Source: Eledone cirrhosa
Lineage: Eukaryota
Direction: 5' to 3'
NCBI GenBank assembly: GCA_964016885.1
Contig: OZ024749.1
Location: 50,282,001 to 50,346,000 of the forward strand
DNA length: 64,000 nt
Every line of letters starts with the position of its first letter. The first letter of the stretch is position 1. Both the position numbers and the translations under genes were made by a program. The notes under the pieces were generated by a model that saw nothing but the letters and a program-made list of their open reading frames with translations, was not told where the DNA came from and did no database searches. Shown here in pieces: positions 58,845-64,000 of this stretch.

Positions 58845-58936
58845 CCCTCTTCCTCTATATCAAGCGTTAAACTAATATATCCCTTCCATATACTGTACCG
58901 ATTGTGTTGACATGTATGTTTACCTTTTACACACAT

Positions 58937-58982
<46 letters not shown>

Positions 58983-59744
58983 CCTTACAATGTCAACAGT
59001 GGAGATTATGCTTCAGTGATAATTTCTAATAAAACCGAAACTTAACGTTTAGTTTACAAGTTGACTTCTTCTCTACTATCTACTCTAATATGCATTTTCT
59101 ATATTCACCAATAATTTCGAAAGATCACCAGATGGAAATGCAGGTTGCTTTTGTATCTAAAAATACATAGTAAGAGGTTTGGGCTAATATTTGCTTCGCT
59201 ATATTCAGTTGAACGAGGTTCTTAGTTCCTTATCAGTCATACGTGAATCCTTAGTGTTTAAAAGAAGAGTTCTTAAGGGAAACTCTCAATATACGATTTT
59301 CATTTCTATATAACTTACGTTATACACTGAGTGATTTTTCACTTAAATCCCCTGCGCCTTATATTCCAGAAAATGCTGTGTCAAGCGGAAAGAAGTTCAT
59401 AAATAGAATTATTTAAATATATGCATCATTGAATTCTGAGTTCTTTGTCCGATGAATCCTATTTCAAGGATGAGAAGTTAGACTTTTATTAATTTCAAGA
59501 ACGTGCTTGAGAGCAATTTTGTCTGTCTTTATAACATTATAGTGCCTAAATGAATCTTTCTTAAGGTCATCCCACCATAGATCATTTATATACACAAACA
59601 CTTTTAGAGAATGAAGGAGTGGAAGATACATAAATATGTGTGTGTCTGTGTGTGTGTCTATGTGTGTTGTGTATGAAGATGGAGGAAAGGAATGTGTGGG
59701 GAATATAAAACAGCAGGAATGCCTATTAGTCATAACTACTTTAA

Positions 59745-59913
59745 ATAATTGTTTCTACGTTAGGCACAAGGTTAGCAAAACCCAGTGTATTACTGGTACT
59801 TTATTTTATCGACCCCGTAAGGATGAAAGGCAAAGTTAACCTCGGCGGGATGTGAATTAAGAATGGCAAGGGCCGTAACTCTATGCGTCAAAACATGGCG
59901 TCCGACCCTCTAC
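59745..59913 (-). mobile_element. SINE family A
   Basis: Matches the 53726 copy. Confidence 0.9.
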
Positions 59914-60340
59914 TTTAAATATTAAGACTCAAGTTTACTTTAATAGAAAAGTAGATAGACAATGCAGTGTTTAAACTTAACATAAATGTACACAGAGTTA
60001 TACATGTTATTACATGGAGACCCAAATCTGCACATTCTGATGTTGGTAGATGCTTGTGTGCATATATTCATGACTTTACAGGTGTAATAAACTTAAGTAT
60101 ATATAAATACAGACATCTATATGTATTTATTAGATGATATATTTCTAGAATATATTATATATTTAAACATTCATAGTATCTTCTATTTTATTCGGTTAAG
60201 TCTATTAAATCTATTATATTAATATGTGTGGCTTTGCTGTTACTCTCAGTTATGTAAAATATCGGAAAATACTTCTTCCCTCATCGAAAATGATGTTTTA
60301 ATAACTACTTCTGCGTTCACAGATTGATTTTTTTTGTTTT

Positions 60341-60391
60341 AGTTTCAGAAGATCCCCTTAAGGGTGAAAGCAGCGATTCTTTGCTTAAACT
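60341..60391 (+). ncRNA. Hammerhead-like motif, U4A variant (family H3)
   Basis: AGTTT-CAGAAGA-TCCCCTTAAGGGT-GAAA-GCAG-CGATTCT-TTGC-TT-AAACT; three stems. Confidence 0.55.
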
Positions 60392-60427
60392 TTAATCTGT
60401 AATGTTAATAAATAAAAAGAAATATAT

Positions 60428-60470
<43 letters not shown>

Positions 60471-61011
60471 TATATATATATGCTGTAAATATATATACAT
60501 ATATATAATAATTGTTACTACTCCAATGAGGGAAACGCGATGTCGATATTGATGTGTTTTGAACTCAAAATTTCAATGTGATTAAAATTGATATTTATTT
60601 TATTGTAACACAAATACCAACACAAACAGAAAGTTAATAATGTAGTTCTAAATAAAAAATGCATAAAAATCATTTACAAAAAGTATATCGTTTAAAATCT
60701 TTATTTTGGATAATATATTTCAGTTTTGGAAATGATTTGTAGAGAAATTTAAAAGATCACAACAACCTCATATTTATCATATAAATAGATAAAATAAATA
60801 TATAATCGATCGACATATTAATATACAAACAAACATTATTCTACTGTTCTAACTTTCTCCATTACTCTTTGTATACATGTTTTTGTACGTGTGTATAAAT
60901 CTTTCTTTGCATAGGCGCACATTATATCTAATATATATATATATATATATACATTTATGTGTTGGTGAGTGTGCGCGTATACATTATATAGAAAATATAT
61001 ATTTATATACT

Positions 61012-61115
<104 letters not shown>

Positions 61116-61605
61116 CATGTGTGTCTATGTGTGTCTATGTGTGTCTATGTTCTTGCGAGTCTGGGTGTGTATGTGTACGTGCGTCATGCGAGCTGTATGT
61201 CTGTGGCTCATTGTATTAATATCAATTTATATATGTGTATAAATATTTGCATTAATAATACAACACATGGTTGAGACAAATGATGAAATTTCTACCAAAA
61301 TATCTGCTTAATATTTACAAGTTCAGTGACATGAAATCAGTCAACATGACGGCCATTGTCGATATTATATTTACTTTTATTCGAACTAAAAGCTCTAGAA
61401 TTATATACACCTACATACATAAGTCCAATTATCTGTCATTGCTTATGTATTTCTTTCTTCTCCCCTTCTGTATATAAAGGATGATTTTTATGTCTTCATT
61501 ACGTTTATTGAGTAGTTCGATCTGTATCGCCTTCCATCTCTATGGATCTCATTTCGAGGGAGAGAGAGAGAGAGTGAAAGGGGACATGTATGTATATATA
61601 TATAT

Positions 61606-61764
61606 TCATAATAATAAATATGAAGACTAAAATCCAAAGAGGGCTCGATAAGGATAAATATATATCAAATATATAAGAACCATTGAGCAAATATTTATTA
61701 AAATAACAGATTAAAGGTGAAAGCAGCGATTCTTTGCTTAAACTTTAATCTGTTATTTTCATGA
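61606..61764. mobile_element. Family H3 fold-back element
   Basis: AAAATAACAGATTAAAG...CTTTAATCTGTTATTTT arms; links the H3 hammerhead to the 3916-type 3' region. Confidence 0.75.
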
Positions 61765-61898
61765 ATAAATAAATATATATAAATATATAAGCAGAAGGAA
61801 TATTCAATTTGTTGGTAATTCAACAAATATAAATGTTTATAACTGATAGAATAAATATGGTTTTATAAATATAGTTTCCATTTATTTAATATCATTGA

Positions 61899-61943
<45 letters not shown>

Positions 61944-61947
61944 TATA

Positions 61948-61987
<40 letters not shown>

Positions 61988-62028
61988 AAAAGAATAAAAC
62001 GAAATATCCTTTCTCACTCTTAGTACGG

Positions 62029-62133
<105 letters not shown>

Positions 62134-62139
62134 TCTATT

Positions 62140-62317
62140 TCTTCTTGTTTGTCTTCTTCGTTTTCTTTTTGAGAAGATCATACAGTCTGACTCTTCGAGC
62201 TCCTCTTCCAGCGTCTCCTGGTAGATGCCCAAGTGAAACCAGGCGTACGCATAGATCCTATCCAAACATATTGTTCGAGGTTTATCCCTGGTTTTCCTGC
62301 CGGTTGATTCCGTCCAT
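62140..62317 (-). mobile_element. RTE LINE 3' end
   Basis: RDKPRTICLDRIYAYAWFHLGIYQETLEEE resembles RGRPRTRW..LAW.RLGI..EEL; (GAA)-rich tail. Confidence 0.7.
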
Positions 62318-62602
62318 AAAATCTGCTCCCATGACTTTCGGAAACATTTTTTTCACGCTCAGAGTTACTGAAGCATGGAACAACTACCTACATCAGTTGT
62401 TAGCTGTCGAGACACTGCATCCTTTAAAACCTCCATGCTTCCTGAAATTCGCCAACACTACACCTGATATCCCCCTACATACACATGCACACATGTATTT
62501 CATGACTCATACACTGTTCATTTTCCTGATATTTGAATATTATTCTATGTACTATACATGCAACATTGATGAGTTGTGGTGCAATGTACGCAATAATTTC
62601 AT

Positions 62603-62605
<3 letters not shown>
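62318..62605 (+). mobile_element. CR1 LINE 3' end
   Basis: DFRKHFFTLRVTEAWN / LPTSVVSCRDTASFK motifs. Confidence 0.85.
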
Positions 62606-62641
<36 letters not shown>

Positions 62642-63550
62642 GAGAGAGAGACAGAGCCAGCGAGAGTGAGAGTGAGAGGAGGAGGAGACAAAGAGAGATA
62701 AGTAAACTGACTATCACGATCCTAAGCATTTTTGGTTTGACACAAGTGGTCGGAATTCACAAATTGCTATACTAATTTTGCATCTCCACAGGAACTGAGT
62801 ATTCTCATGTTTACTGCTCGCCCTGTTATCAGCACCACAGATTCACTTTATATACATACACATATATATATAAGTGTGCCTTCCTGTGTGTATCAAAATT
62901 AATGGCTGCGGGTAACATTCGACCCTAACTTAACTCACAAAGTTCAGAGATAAAACGTTATGTTAAACTGAGATGTTACTCAAATAGAATATAATATATC
63001 TAGTATAATAATGAGAAATACTGGAATCTACTTTCCTCTACTGACACAAGATCCATTAGCAGGCCAGCTTATTTTTGACGAGACGTCAATCCAACCACAT
63101 GCAGATAGAATAGTTTCATGTTTTCCACGAGAAATGGCAAATTATTTCTTTTTTCTTTTTACTGATATTTTTCTTCTCGTTTTCACTTCTATTCTCCATG
63201 TCATTTTCGATTCTTTTATTAAATAAATAGTTTAAATAGGCTTCAATTCTTACAGGAAACATATGGTTTTGATATACGTTAGAGATGTTAATTTGATGTG
63301 CAGTAAAATTGGTTGATGTATGTCTATGAACTCAATAGGCTACGTCAGTTAGGTCTACTATTCAGGCTTCGAATAGAACTGTCTGTGCAAAGACAAATAA
63401 TATATTATGTATTTGTTTTCTATGTGGCTAAAATAACTAAACTAAGTAATAGAAAGGAATTGTGAGACGTAGCAAAATAATATAAGATTGAATTACAGGC
63501 ATAGTGTAATTACGAGTTTTATGAATTAATAATATGAAGTTATTATGATC

Positions 63551-63640
63551 AATTCGAGACAGAAGCTGCGGAAAGGATCCGCTGGATGGCGTGTCTGAGA
63601 ACTCTTCTCCCAGGAATACGTGGACGGAAAAGAAGAAGAA
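63551..63640 (+). mobile_element. RTE LINE 3' tip
   Basis: AAERIRWMACL followed by a (GAA)n tail. Confidence 0.45.
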
Positions 63641-64000
63641 TATGTTATAATTCCTTTACAGAAGATGAAAGACGCTGCATCTGCTTTCTAATAGTCACAA
63701 TAGATATTGTCTTTTTGTACTGATTAGTATTGTTACCTAAGTTGTCATTTACAATTAAAAAAAATTTACATTTAAATCCTCATCCTACTACTATCTCTCT
63801 ATCCATATTTTATACTAGTGCTTTTGCTCTTTCATATATATCTATCAATGCAATTGTCATGACATATTTCAAATGTTACCTAAGTAAAATACTGTTAAAC
63901 TAACCGTCTGTAGTAGCCTTTATTTACAGCGGATTATTACATGACATAATATGGATATTGATCGAAGAAAATTTGCCACGTTTGATAATATCAAATAATG

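Overview
AT-rich eukaryotic (animal) genomic DNA. The SINE repertoire and kilobase-scale (TA)n arrays suggest a mollusc, probably an octopod (inference). There is no intact full gene, and nearly all listed ORFs are microsatellite artefacts. The window holds about 12 copies of a tRNA-headed SINE with a Nin/Deu-like core, a second SINE family, RTE/CR1/CRE LINE remnants, a MITE, a probable decayed Toll-like receptor pseudogene and a few candidate exons. The main signal is a set of short fold-back (inverted-repeat) elements sitting in (TA)n tracts. Several carry type I hammerhead ribozyme (HHR) cores of the Penelope-like-element (PLE) kind, with covarying stems. One family has a 48-54 nt GT..AG intron-like segment inside the loop of HHR stem II, and another has a recurrent U4A core variant. 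All calls were made by eye, coordinates may be off by a few bases, and no database searches were run.
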